Under the pieces are notes generated by a model, which ran no database searches, was not told the origin of the DNA, and saw only the letters and a list, made by a program, of their open reading frames with translations. Below, piece by piece: positions 19,866 to 29,594 of a stretch of 64,000 bases of DNA; position 1 is the first letter of the stretch, and every line of letters starts with the position of its first letter. Position numbers and translations under genes: made by a program. The DNA comes from Nitrososphaerota archaeon. GTDB taxonomy: Archaea; Thermoproteota; Nitrososphaeria; Nitrososphaerales; Nitrosopumilaceae. The stretch spans positions 192,001 through 256,000 of the forward strand of contig JAGWFT010000002.1 of NCBI GenBank assembly GCA_028867755.1, given 5' to 3'.

Positions 19866-20492
19866 TCAGAGACCATAGATAGATTTTCCGTAATCGCTTT
19901 CTATCTTTGAGCTCTTAATGTCAGGTATTGGTGACTGGAGCCTTGCAATTGATACCTCAACTCCTATCTTTTTGCATCCATCTATGATGAATTTCTCTTG
20001 GTGTATCTGGTCATATCCCAGTGCTATGATGTCAGGTCTTACTTTTTCCACAGTCCTGAATATGTCTCCTTCGCGGCCAACTACTGCATAGTCTACTGTT
20101 GATAATGAGCTGACAAGATCCCTTCGCAATTCCATGTTGTGCAGAGGCATTCGTTTTTTCATCTTTTGTGCTGTGGTATCAGTTGCAACCACCACAACTA
20201 GGACATTACCAAGAGCTCTTGCACCCCTTAGTGTGTGTATGTGTCCTGGATGTATGATGTCAAAGACGCCTCCTGCAAGCACAACCCTAATCGAGCCTCG
20301 TCCAAGATCGGTAAGTGTCCTGTCTTTTTCAATAAAGCCATTTTTTTCAAGAGAGTCTAGTCTGCTTGAGATATAGTCATTGCTGACAGATAGTTTCTTT
20401 CTAATTGTCTCTAGAGGATCTTCTCCTGAAAGTGACGAGACATAGCACGCTGAAATTAATTCCTTGTCAAATGCGTCCAAGTGTACCATCAA
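19866..20492 (-). CDS. ribL: Archaeal FAD synthase with N-terminal HTH-like extension
   Basis: GGVFDIIHPGHIH, VRPDIIALGYDQ, KSSKI; about 65-aa helical N-terminal extension ending LTDLG. Confidence 0.85.
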   Translation of the reverse strand: MMVHLDAFDKELISACYVSSLSGEDPLETIRKKLSVSNDYISSRLDSLEKNGFIEKDRTLTDLGRGSIRVVLAGGVFDIIHPGHIHTLRGARALGNVLVVVVATDTTAQKMKKRMPLHNMELRRDLVSSLSTVDYAVVGREGDIFRTVEKVRPDIIALGYDQIHQEKFIIDGCKKIGVEVSIARLQSPIPDIKSSKIESDYGKSIYGL

Positions 20493-20518
20493 GGATCCAG
20501 TTTTACCACTTCATTAAT

Positions 20519-21556
20519 CTATGTCCATGGGTCTATGCCCTTGGACAGGCGCAGTGCATCAATCAACCCCTCTGCATACCCAATGCTAAGTATTGCAAGC
20601 TCTTCTTTTCCTTCACTTTGAAATTTTTCAGCATCATCGATATACAGCTGCGCATTTTCTATGACAGGCTGTAAGTTTCTGTCATCTTTGAACATCTTGA
20701 TTACCTCGTCTAGTGCCCTTCTTGCCTTTGGAACATATTTTGTAATCATCTGATCTGATATTTTTTGAATCTTTGATGAATTGTCAAATGGCTCGTCAAG
20801 ACATTTGGCAAACGCCTTGAGCGCATCTGTTTCTGTAAAATGCATCCTTCCTGGAATGATTATTGTATGCGGAGGTTTTCCAAAATCAATCTTGGCAAGA
20901 CTTGATAGTTTTCCAGCTGTTATGTTCTGAGATTTTGAACCAATTCTTGAAGCTATTATGGCATACATTGAATCATCTATGACACTTCGCTTTTGTTCTT
21001 TTTCTGCAAACAAGAGGCTCGAGATTGCATCTTTTGGATCTAAAAAGAAATTTTCAATGCTACTGTATTCAAGTATCAAAATACTGTGTGCACCCTTTAT
21101 GAGATTCTCGTAGATAGTATAGTATACGGTACTCCAAGACTGCTGCTCTCTCATTACCGTTACAGGGCGTCCAATCTTGTAATACTGCAGCCCACACTCG
21201 CCAACAAGGGATGGGATTGCAGATGCTGCATGCACGGTCTTGGTTCTTATCTTTTCAAGCTCTGCTCTTGTTCGAAGCTCGATATGGGTGGTCGCAATGT
21301 AAGGATCACCATATGCAAGAAGGACGACTGTCTTTTTCTTGGCCTCGGCAAGAATTGTCTTTCCGTCCTCCACTAGCCACCGTGGAGCAACCCGAAACCT
21401 GTTTTTGACAAGTTTTTTTATTTTAGACTGGTCACTTTTTGGTATAGGGCTAGTAAAGTTCTCAAAGAATACCACATCAGCTTTTTTTAAAATCTTAATA
21501 GTATCAGGACTTGTCCCATCGATTCCAGATATTCCAAGACCAATAAACCACAGCAT
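20519..21556 (-). CDS. dph5: Diphthine synthase fused to a DUF357-like C-terminal domain
   Basis: LWFIGLG, GDPYIATTH, GLQYYKIG; tail IENAQLYIDDAEKF...LSIGYAEGLIDALR. Confidence 0.88.
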   Translation of the reverse strand: MLWFIGLGISGIDGTSPDTIKILKKADVVFFENFTSPIPKSDQSKIKKLVKNRFRVAPRWLVEDGKTILAEAKKKTVVLLAYGDPYIATTHIELRTRAELEKIRTKTVHAASAIPSLVGECGLQYYKIGRPVTVMREQQSWSTVYYTIYENLIKGAHSILILEYSSIENFFLDPKDAISSLLFAEKEQKRSVIDDSMYAIIASRIGSKSQNITAGKLSSLAKIDFGKPPHTIIIPGRMHFTETDALKAFAKCLDEPFDNSSKIQKISDQMITKYVPKARRALDEVIKMFKDDRNLQPVIENAQLYIDDAEKFQSEGKEELAILSIGYAEGLIDALRLSKGIDPWT

Positions 21557-21598
21557 AGCAAGAATCTTTTCGTTGTATATTTTGATGTTCGTTTTGTG

Positions 21599-22735
21599 TT
21601 ACTTGCCAGAATCCTTTTGGTTTACGTGCAATCTCTTTAGGTGATACAGCATTTGCTTGAAGACCTCGATGCTTCGAAGATATTCATCTGTTGATACACG
21701 CTCATCAACTGTATGTGATGCATGGGGGTCACCTGGGCCATATGTTACAACTGGAATGTTCAACGAGTTTCCAATGATGTTCATGTCGCCTGTCCCAGTC
21801 TTTCTTATGAGCTGAGGCCTTGACTTTTCAACATCTAGTATTCCAAGTGTTAGTGCCCTAACAAGCGGAGAATTATGCGGCGCCTCAAATGGCTCTGTCT
21901 CGTCTAGAACAGAATAAAACGCATTGACTCCTTGTTTTTTGGCAACCTCTTGGACTGTTGTTGCAATTTTTTCTCCAACCATTTTGCAGTTCATGTCTAC
22001 TGGAATTCTGATATCCATGATAGCATCGCACTCTACTGCAGTTACGTTGTGGCTTGTTCCTCCCTTTATCTCAGTGATCACAGCAGTAAGCATCATACTT
22101 TTTGCTTTGCCATTTTGGTCTCCTTCCAGGGCTTGCTTGATTGCAGAGGTAAAGACATAAGATTCCTCGATTGCATTTTTTGCAAGCCATGGAGCACTGG
22201 CATGTGCACTATCCCCTACATTGATTTTGAGGTTGATGGCAATTCTTCCCTTGTATGCAATGGTGATGTTTCTAATGCTGCTAGGCTCGCCAAAAATTGC
22301 ATAATCGATATCAAGTTTTTGTTTTACTAAGCTCTTAATTCCAGTTGCATTTCCTTCCTCATCTACTACGGCAGCAAAGACTACAGTTCCGTTATCGTTG
22401 TGCGCCGAAGCAGCTGCTAGAAGCATGGCCATTAGTGGTGCCTTTGCATCAGAAGCTCCCCTTCCGTATATGTGACCGTTATCATTTCTAACCTTTATCT
22501 TTCCTGGCACTGTATCCATGTGGCCGCAAAGAAGTATCTTCGGAGAGCCAGAGCCCTTTGTTGCAATAAGGTTTCCTACATCGTCAATGCGAATGTTCTC
22601 AAAGCCCAAGTCATCGCACTTGTCTGCTAGAAATTCGGCAAGCGGCTTTTCAGAAAGTGATGGTGTGTAAAGCCTTAGAGCCTGCTCTAGCATCTTTACT
22701 GAAAATCTTGGTGTGATGGTAATTGAAGAGTCCAA
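21599..22735 (-). CDS. lysK: [LysW]-lysine/ornithine hydrolase (M20 family)
   Basis: LCGHMDTVPG, GRGASDAK, VDEE, GTGDMN, YGPGD, HTVDE; in the lys cluster. Confidence 0.92.
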   Translation of the reverse strand: MDSSITITPRFSVKMLEQALRLYTPSLSEKPLAEFLADKCDDLGFENIRIDDVGNLIATKGSGSPKILLCGHMDTVPGKIKVRNDNGHIYGRGASDAKAPLMAMLLAAASAHNDNGTVVFAAVVDEEGNATGIKSLVKQKLDIDYAIFGEPSSIRNITIAYKGRIAINLKINVGDSAHASAPWLAKNAIEESYVFTSAIKQALEGDQNGKAKSMMLTAVITEIKGGTSHNVTAVECDAIMDIRIPVDMNCKMVGEKIATTVQEVAKKQGVNAFYSVLDETEPFEAPHNSPLVRALTLGILDVEKSRPQLIRKTGTGDMNIIGNSLNIPVVTYGPGDPHASHTVDERVSTDEYLRSIEVFKQMLYHLKRLHVNQKDSGK

Positions 22736-22738
22736 TTC

Positions 22739-23587
22739 TTATTTTCTCGATTGTGTTGCGTAGTCTATCATCAAGGCTGGTATATCTACGCCAGTAACCC
22801 TTACGGTATTTTTGTATTCCGTTGTGTTGTTAACCTCGTGAACTACCAGGCCATTTTCCTTGCTTTCCATTAGATCAACGCCTACTATCTGCCCTTGTAC
22901 AGCATTTTTTGCCTTTATGCAAATGTCTTCGAGTTCCTTTGTCACTTTCATGGGCTCTGCCTTGCCGCCTAGCGCCATGTTTGTCTTCCACTGTCCCTCA
23001 CCAGAATAGCGGTATATTGCAGCAACAACCTTGTCGCCTATCATTATTGCTCTAATGTCGCGGGGAGGTCTGTTGACAAATTCTTCGAGATAATACACTT
23101 GATAAATTGGATACATTGATTCCCGTGTCTCCATTATTCCTTGTGCAGAATCACGGTCATTTAGCAGTGCTATCATCCTTCCCCAGCTTCCAACAGTTGG
23201 TTTTAGAACCATCGGGTATCCCCTTTTTTCTAAAAGTTCTAGTGCAGCTTCTTCAGAGAATGCGACTGCACTAAATGGAGTTGGGATACCGTTCTTTACT
23301 AATAACATGTGGGTGAAGAGCTTGTTTCCAGCAAATATGCTGGTGTTAAGTCCATTGATGACATTGACTCCTTTTCCTTCAAGTGCTGCTGTAGAATGAA
23401 GACTGCGATAATAGCTTACACATCTTTGTATGGCAGTACCATACTCTTCTTTGCTTTTGTCCAAATTGATGAATAAACTCTTGCAATCAACCATCTTTGC
23501 TTCGACGCCCTTTTTCCTTGCGGCATCGAACAGAGCTTTTTCTTCCCACCTGATGGTATCGTAGAGTATCGATAGAACCGAGCTCAC
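22739..23587 (-). CDS. lysX: LysW ligase (RimK/LysX ATP-grasp), copy 1
   Basis: QRCVSYYR, KPTVGSWGR, RDIR, WKTNMALGG, HEVNNTTEY; GTG start overlaps the lysW stop. Confidence 0.92.
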   Translation of the reverse strand: MSSVLSILYDTIRWEEKALFDAARKKGVEAKMVDCKSLFINLDKSKEEYGTAIQRCVSYYRSLHSTAALEGKGVNVINGLNTSIFAGNKLFTHMLLVKNGIPTPFSAVAFSEEAALELLEKRGYPMVLKPTVGSWGRMIALLNDRDSAQGIMETRESMYPIYQVYYLEEFVNRPPRDIRAIMIGDKVVAAIYRYSGEGQWKTNMALGGKAEPMKVTKELEDICIKAKNAVQGQIVGVDLMESKENGLVVHEVNNTTEYKNTVRVTGVDIPALMIDYATQSRK

Positions 23588-23748
23588 TGGCCCCAGTCCT
23601 CACCAACAGTTTGTGCTGGTTTTAACTCAAAGCCTGAGGATCCTTTGGATAACTCAAAACTTGCACCACAGTCTGGGCAAGTCACAATCTCTCCCTCCAT
23701 CGAATCTTTTGGGGGGTTGATATTGGCATCACATTCTGGACATTTCAT
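23584..23748 (-). CDS. lysW: LysW carrier protein, copy 1, C-terminus EDWGQ (not in ORF track)
   Basis: Manual translation: MKCPECDANINPPKDSMEGEIVTCPDCGASFELSKGSSGFELKPAQTVGEDWGQ (54 aa, two CPxC). Confidence 0.93.
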   Translation of the reverse strand: MKCPECDANINPPKDSMEGEIVTCPDCGASFELSKGSSGFELKPAQTVGEDWGQ

Positions 23749-23749
23749 A

Positions 23750-24940
23750 TTATTTACCTGTCTTTACCTTAACTTTGGTGTCATTAATTATCTTTCTTTC
23801 AAGCCTGTCATCAAGCGGTATCTCAAGCAGGTCTCCCATCCTTAGGTCCTTGAGGCCTGCTGCCACCTTCTTTGCGTGTTCTTCATCTTGGTCAAGACCT
23901 AAAAGCGACATGAGATATGCTGCACCATTCTTGCCTGCAAGCTCGCCAAATACTATTTTTCTCCTGTTGCCCACTACCTTTGGTTCAATTGGTTCGTATG
24001 CTGCGGGATTTCGAAGAATTGCAGCCAAGTGAGTTCCTGCCTTGTGTTTGTATGCGGTTGCACCAACAACTGGCTTGGAGTCATATGGTACAATTCCTGT
24101 ATATTGCTCAATTAGTCTTGAGAGGTCCATGAGCATATCAAGCCTGAAATTATTTGGAGATTTGTAAAGATAGGTAAGTGTTACAGCTGTTTCTGCAAGT
24201 GCTGGTATCCCGGTCCTTTCGCCAATACCGTCGATGGTTGTATGTATCTGGTCGGCTCCTGCATCACATCCTGCAAGTGCGTTTGCTAGTGCTAGTCCCA
24301 TGTCATTGTGGCAGTGCACGTCAAGTGGAGTCTTGATTTTCTCGCGAACTGTCTTTACAAGATTGTACATGCCGTTAGGTCTCATTATTCCAACAGTATC
24401 AGGTATGCTGATTCTGTCAACACCTGCATCTGAGATCTCTTTGCAAACCTTGAGGAGAAACTCTGGATCAGCCCTGCTTCCGTCTTCCACTGTAAATCGC
24501 ATCTTAAACCCATGTGACTTGGCATACTCGACTGTCTCGACTGCCCTTTGCAATGCCTCTTCTCTTGTAATTCTAAGCTTGTCTTTCATGTGTATGTCTG
24601 AGATTCCAAGATATGTTGCCATCCACGTGGCATCACACTCTAGTGCAATATCTACATCTTCTTTGAGGGCACGCACGTGAGCTACAATGTCTGCCTTGAG
24701 TCCTTGCTTGATTATTGTCTTGGTGGCCTCTTTGTGATCTGGCGATATTACAGGTGAAATCTCAATTTGGTCAACTCCAAAATAATCAAGCATCCATGCA
24801 ATCTGGATTCTTTGTTTGTTAGAAAACGTAACCCCTGGGTGCTGCTCTCCTTCTCGCAGTGTACTATCCAAGATATGGATCTTCTTTGGTTTTTGTCCAA
24901 TCTCGTTATACTTGTATGCGTAATAATTCGGATCGTCCAT
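23750..24940 (-). CDS. lysS: Homocitrate synthase / isopropylmalate-synthase family (DRE-TIM)
   Basis: DSTLREGEQ, HCHNDMG, GIGERTG, HKAGTH; in the lysine cluster. Confidence 0.8.
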   Translation of the reverse strand: MDDPNYYAYKYNEIGQKPKKIHILDSTLREGEQHPGVTFSNKQRIQIAWMLDYFGVDQIEISPVISPDHKEATKTIIKQGLKADIVAHVRALKEDVDIALECDATWMATYLGISDIHMKDKLRITREEALQRAVETVEYAKSHGFKMRFTVEDGSRADPEFLLKVCKEISDAGVDRISIPDTVGIMRPNGMYNLVKTVREKIKTPLDVHCHNDMGLALANALAGCDAGADQIHTTIDGIGERTGIPALAETAVTLTYLYKSPNNFRLDMLMDLSRLIEQYTGIVPYDSKPVVGATAYKHKAGTHLAAILRNPAAYEPIEPKVVGNRRKIVFGELAGKNGAAYLMSLLGLDQDEEHAKKVAAGLKDLRMGDLLEIPLDDRLERKIINDTKVKVKTGK

Positions 24941-25056
24941 TACTGAATCAGTATCAAAATTTTGGAAATATAAACATATTCGTACAGGTTTCGGCTATTT
25001 TTGTAGCTTTTCCGACGGTTTTCGTGAAATGCAGAAAATTAAAGCCGAACTTCGTT

Positions 25057-25476
25057 TTATGATACAGTTCTTAGTATGATGACAGTGTTTGTGTCAAAAA
25101 CACCGGGTACCTTGCGTAGTGCATCTATGCATGCGTTAATCTCTGTGATGTTGGGAGCTCTGATAACTGTTGCAATGTCATACTGACCTGTTATCTCGTA
25201 AACTGTATGGACTCCTTGGAGTTTTGATAGTCTTGCTGAAACCTTTGATGTGTCTGTTGAGGAATCAACAGATATCAAAATTATTGCACTAGTTGAATTA
25301 CTGTCTCCAGTCTCGATCGTAAATTTTTTTATTGTACCACCGTCGGTTAGGTTTTTTACTCTGCGCCTTACTGCAGACTCTGACAGTCCAAGCTTTTGGC
25401 CTATTTCTACAAAAGATTGTCTTGAATCTTTTTTTAGCATCTCAATTATTGTTTCGTCTGTCTTGTCTCTAGACAT
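25057..25476 (-). CDS. lysM: Lrp/AsnC regulator (LysM-like)
   Basis: DSRQSFVEIGQKLGLSESAVRRRV HTH, YEITGQYD; embedded in the lys operon. Confidence 0.85.
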   Translation of the reverse strand: MSRDKTDETIIEMLKKDSRQSFVEIGQKLGLSESAVRRRVKNLTDGGTIKKFTIETGDSNSTSAIILISVDSSTDTSKVSARLSKLQGVHTVYEITGQYDIATVIRAPNITEINACIDALRKVPGVFDTNTVIILRTVS

Positions 25477-26662
25477 TTCTTCTTTGTACCTCTTTTGTTA
25501 GTATTATATCTAGAGTTTCTAAAGTTTTGTTTATGTCAGACTCTGAAATGACAAGAGGAGGCAACAGTCTCAGTATGTTCTTTCCGGAATAGAGAAGAAG
25601 CAGGTTGTTTGCAATTCCGTCAAACAAGATATCTTTTACCTCAAACTTCATCTCAACTCCAATCATCAATCCCTTGCCACGAATCTCGCGAACTATCTTG
25701 TGTTTTTCTTTTAGTCTTTCCAGTCCCTCTCGGAAGAGCTTACCCATCTTGGCTGCGTTTTCGACCAGTCCATCTTCTGTCAGGGCCTGAATCGTAGCAA
25801 TTCCACCAGCACATGAAAGCGGGTTACCGCCAAAAGTTGATGACTGTTCTCCCTTTCCAATACATGCAAGAATCTCTGGCTTGACCAGAGTTGCACCCAT
25901 GGGCACTCCTCCTGCAATTCCCTTTGCAAGACACATCATATCTGGTGCTGTATCCCAGTGCTGGCTTGCCCACATTTTGCCAGTCCTTCCAAGACCTGCC
26001 TGGATCTCATCGAAGATCAAAACTGTTCCGTTCTCATTGCACAACTTTCTTACCTCTTGCAGAAAACCTTCTGGTGCCACATGGATTCCACTCTCTCCTT
26101 GAATTGGCTCTAGTATGACAAGTGCAGTATCAGGAGTCATTGCAGACTTGAGAGCCTCGATATCACCAAATGGAGTAAAGGAGACATTGCTTAGAAGAGG
26201 CTCAAAGGCCTTGCGATATTTTGGATTAAATGTAAGTGAGAGTGAACCAAATGACTTGCCGTGGTAAGAGCCGTTCATTGCAATCATTCCCTTCTTTCCT
26301 GTGAACTTACGTGCAAATTTTATTGCAGCTTCTACTGCCTCTGTGCCGCTGTTGTTTAGATATACCTGACCAAGACCAGGTAGTGAAATTTTAGCAAGTT
26401 TTTCAAGAAACTCTTCTCGGGTCTTGTTGTAAAGCGAACTGTGGACAGTGATTATTTTGTCAAGCTGTGACTTTAGTGCCTTTACTACACGCGGATTGCA
26501 GTGACCAACAAGGGCAACACCGTATCCTCCCATGCAATCGATGTACTCTTTTCCGTTAAGGTCCCAGACATGGGCCCCAAGTCCTCGCTCTATTGTTACA
26601 GGAAATCTTTGGTAAATATTTCCCATGAATTGGTCTTCTGTCATTTTGATATCACCGTACAA
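25469..26662 (-). CDS. lysJ: [LysW]-aminoadipate semialdehyde/glutamate semialdehyde aminotransferase (class III PLP)
   Basis: SGTEAVEAA, EPIQGESG, FDEIQAGLGRTG, AKGIAGG, STFGGNP; true start probably MTEDQ at 26644. Confidence 0.92.
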   Translation of the reverse strand: MYGDIKMTEDQFMGNIYQRFPVTIERGLGAHVWDLNGKEYIDCMGGYGVALVGHCNPRVVKALKSQLDKIITVHSSLYNKTREEFLEKLAKISLPGLGQVYLNNSGTEAVEAAIKFARKFTGKKGMIAMNGSYHGKSFGSLSLTFNPKYRKAFEPLLSNVSFTPFGDIEALKSAMTPDTALVILEPIQGESGIHVAPEGFLQEVRKLCNENGTVLIFDEIQAGLGRTGKMWASQHWDTAPDMMCLAKGIAGGVPMGATLVKPEILACIGKGEQSSTFGGNPLSCAGGIATIQALTEDGLVENAAKMGKLFREGLERLKEKHKIVREIRGKGLMIGVEMKFEVKDILFDGIANNLLLLYSGKNILRLLPPLVISESDINKTLETLDIILTKEVQRRNV

Positions 26663-27441
26663 TTGTCGTTAGCTATGGCTCGTGATATTGGGTTTTCCCT
26701 CTGGCCGCTTGCAACTAGTGCCTGTTTTACACCCATCTCGATTGCTTCTGTAGCAGCTAGTATTTTCTTTTCCATGCCAAATCCTATCTTTGGAAGAATT
26801 GCCTTGGCCTCGTCAAGTGATAGTTTTGTCACTAGCTTGTCATCCATCAAAAGGCCGTCCACGTTAGTGAGAAACAAAATCTTGTCTGACTGCATCTTGC
26901 CTGCTACATAGGCAGCAGCTCTGTCACCATCTACATTTAGAAAATCAAATTCTTCACTTGTGGCAATAGGTGAGATTACCGGGACGTATCCTTGGTCTAA
27001 GATTACTTTTATGAGGTCAGTGTTTATCTCGCGTATCTTCCCTGTATATCCGCCGTCAATTGCCATCTTTCTTCCTTTTTCATTGATTACAATTAGTTTC
27101 TTTTTTCTCTCTGCCTGGATTATCTTGCCATCAATACCTGAAAGACCAACTGCATTGATTCCATTTTTCTGTAGCATTCCTACAATCATCTTGTTTATCT
27201 TGCCTGACATTACCATGGTGAAAATTTCTGCAGTCTCCTTGTCAGTGTACCTACTCTTGATGCCGCCAGGTGAAACTATGAATTTTTGTTCTTTTCCAAG
27301 AGCTTCTGAGATCCTCGTTACTTCTTTTCCTCCACCATGTACCAAAATTACTTTTTCTTGCTCTGAGACTTTTTTCAAGTCTGATATGGTAGAAGGATGA
27401 AGACCGTCTACAACACTTCCTCCTATCTTGATTGTGATCAT
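26641..27441 (-). CDS. lysZ: [LysW]-aminoadipate/glutamate kinase
   Basis: IKIGGS, VHGGG, GIKSRYTD, NVDGDRAA, GMEKK. Confidence 0.92.
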   Translation of the reverse strand: MITIKIGGSVVDGLHPSTISDLKKVSEQEKVILVHGGGKEVTRISEALGKEQKFIVSPGGIKSRYTDKETAEIFTMVMSGKINKMIVGMLQKNGINAVGLSGIDGKIIQAERKKKLIVINEKGRKMAIDGGYTGKIREINTDLIKVILDQGYVPVISPIATSEEFDFLNVDGDRAAAYVAGKMQSDKILFLTNVDGLLMDDKLVTKLSLDEAKAILPKIGFGMEKKILAATEAIEMGVKQALVASGQRENPISRAIANDNCTVISK

Positions 27442-27445
27442 CTTT

Positions 27446-28498
27446 TCACACAGGAGTTAGCGGGGAATATGCAAGGCCGTCCATCTCGTTGAACCCTGAC
27501 ATCACGTTCATGTTTTGTATGGCTGAGCCTGCTGCACCCTTCATTAGGTTGTCTGATGCTGATAATACCACTAACCTGTTGTTGTCTTCGTCAATATCAA
27601 ACCCAACATCACAAAAGTTCGAGCCTACCACGAACTTTGGATCTGGGAACTTGTAGAATCCTTTCTTGTCACGAATTAGTCTGATGAACTTTTCATTTTG
27701 ATATTGTTCACGATATATCTTCCACAAATCCATTTCTGTTACTGGCTGCGTAAGAAATGTGTGGTTTGTGCACAAGATTCCTCTTACAATGTCTACTGCA
27801 TGTGGACTCATTGATATTTTGATCTTCTTTCCAGCTGCCTGGCTTAGCTCTTGCTCTATCTCTCCTGTATGTCTGTGCTTTGCTGGCTTGTATGGTCTGA
27901 CAACACCTGACCTCATTGCATGATGGGTCCCTGCCTCAGAGCCTGCTCCAGCTCCTGAAGAGCCTATCTTGGAATCTACAATAATGTGTTCAGTGTCTAT
28001 GATTCCTTTCTTTACCAGTGGGTATAGCGCAAGAATTGATGTTACTGCCATGCATCCAGGGCATGATACAAGCTGTGCCTTTTTGATCTCTTCTCTGTGA
28101 AGTTCTGGAACTCCAAATACTGATTTTGGTAGATAGTCTGGATGTGGATGCTGCCAGCCGTACCACTTGTCATAGTCTGGTGCATTGTGCAATCTATAGT
28201 CTGCACTCAAATCAATTACTTTCATTCCCCTGTCGTACAACTCTTTTACAATATCTACCGCTGTTCCATGTGGTACAGATGTAAAGACCAAGTCGCACTT
28301 GTCTGATAACTTGTCATAATTTAGTTCCGAAAAAGTTAGATCAGTAAATCCTTTGAGGCTTGGCTGAATTCTGGAGATATATTCTCCAACATGTTGTCTT
28401 GAAGTTACTGCTGCAATCTCAACTTTGGGATGGCTGACAAGCAGTCTGAGTATTTCTCCTCCAACATATCCTGATGCCCCGATTACTCCTATTCTCAT
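27446..28498 (-). CDS. lysY: [LysW]-phosphate reductase (ArgC-like)
   Basis: GASGYVG, DLSADYRL, CPGCMA, HRHTGEI, DNLMKGAAG. Confidence 0.93.
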   Translation of the reverse strand: MRIGVIGASGYVGGEILRLLVSHPKVEIAAVTSRQHVGEYISRIQPSLKGFTDLTFSELNYDKLSDKCDLVFTSVPHGTAVDIVKELYDRGMKVIDLSADYRLHNAPDYDKWYGWQHPHPDYLPKSVFGVPELHREEIKKAQLVSCPGCMAVTSILALYPLVKKGIIDTEHIIVDSKIGSSGAGAGSEAGTHHAMRSGVVRPYKPAKHRHTGEIEQELSQAAGKKIKISMSPHAVDIVRGILCTNHTFLTQPVTEMDLWKIYREQYQNEKFIRLIRDKKGFYKFPDPKFVVGSNFCDVGFDIDEDNNRLVVLSASDNLMKGAAGSAIQNMNVMSGFNEMDGLAYSPLTPV

Positions 28499-28557
28499 AA
28501 GTGATCTCCTAGCATAACATAGTATAATTTAAACTCTAAAATTTTCTAAATTTCTTT

Positions 28558-29415
28558 TTATCTAACTGCTGAGCTAACTGCATACTCAATCATCTCTTTT
28601 GGAATATTGCGTTTGGCAACCTTTGCCAATCCCTTAAACTCTACAGTATTGTTGACCTCGTGAACTACAAATCCTCTTTTTTCATCTTCCATGATGTCAA
28701 TTCCAAGAATTCCTCCTCCAACTGCTTTTGATGCTTTCATGCAAATATCTTCTAGGTCCTTTGTTATCTCGCATGGCACAGGCTCTCCACCGAGCGCGAT
28801 ATTTGTCTTAAATCCTCCAGACGAGGTCCTGTACATCGCAGCTATGACTTGGTCTCCTACTGCGATTGCCCGGATGTCTCTTGGAGGCCTCTTTATTGCC
28901 TCTTGGAGATAAAATATCCTGTCAAGCGGGCCATCGGTTAGCTCCCTTACTTCGATAATTGCGTCTGCTGTCTCTCTGTCCTTTAGTAGTATCACTCCCC
29001 TTCCCCAGCTTCCTATGATTGGCTTGATAACAAGTGGGTATCCTTGTTTTTCAAGCGTCTCAACTGCCGACTCGGACGAGAACGAAAAATAGGTCTTTGG
29101 TGTGGGAACGTTGTGTTTCTTTAGGAGAAGCGATGTTAACATTTTGTTTCCGCAGTTGTTTGCAACCTCAAACTTGTTGAAGACTGGGATATCGAGAAAT
29201 TCTAGACATGCTGTAATGTGCAGACCACGAAAATAGCTGACACATCTTTCAAGTACCACATCACCAAAATCAAAATCATTTTTCTTGCTTTCAGTACTGA
29301 TGTTAGTTATCTTTGCATCGATCATCTTTGTATCATGTCCAAGCTCTATTGCTTTTTCCTCGAGCATTTTCTCTTCTAGTCTTACTCTATCAAACACGAT
29401 ACGGAGTTTGGGCAT
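28558..29415 (-). CDS. argX: LysW ligase (LysX/ArgX ATP-grasp), copy 2
   Basis: ERCVSYFRG, KPIIGSWGRG, RDIR, FKTNIALGG, HEVNNTVEF; downstream of argG-lysW. The ArgX versus LysX assignment rests on context only. Confidence 0.7.
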   Translation of the reverse strand: MPKLRIVFDRVRLEEKMLEEKAIELGHDTKMIDAKITNISTESKKNDFDFGDVVLERCVSYFRGLHITACLEFLDIPVFNKFEVANNCGNKMLTSLLLKKHNVPTPKTYFSFSSESAVETLEKQGYPLVIKPIIGSWGRGVILLKDRETADAIIEVRELTDGPLDRIFYLQEAIKRPPRDIRAIAVGDQVIAAMYRTSSGGFKTNIALGGEPVPCEITKDLEDICMKASKAVGGGILGIDIMEDEKRGFVVHEVNNTVEFKGLAKVAKRNIPKEMIEYAVSSAVR

Positions 29416-29583
29416 TTACTCTCCCCAATCTTCGCCGACTTTTTCAGCATGTTTTAGTTCGCATACTGCGCCGTTCTTTGAAGCAATCTCAAAATCTGCC
29501 CCGCAATCAGGACAAGATATTATCTCTCCAACACTTGCGTCACCTGGAATTTTTAAATTTGCATCACATTCTGGACAATTCAT
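29416..29583 (-). CDS. lysW: LysW carrier protein, copy 2, canonical EDWGE (not in ORF track)
   Basis: Manual translation: MNCPECDANLKIPGDASVGEIISCPDCGADFEIASKNGAVCELKHAEKVGEDWGE (55 aa). Confidence 0.95.
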   Translation of the reverse strand: MNCPECDANLKIPGDASVGEIISCPDCGADFEIASKNGAVCELKHAEKVGEDWGE

Positions 29584-29594
29584 TCTTTAATTTT

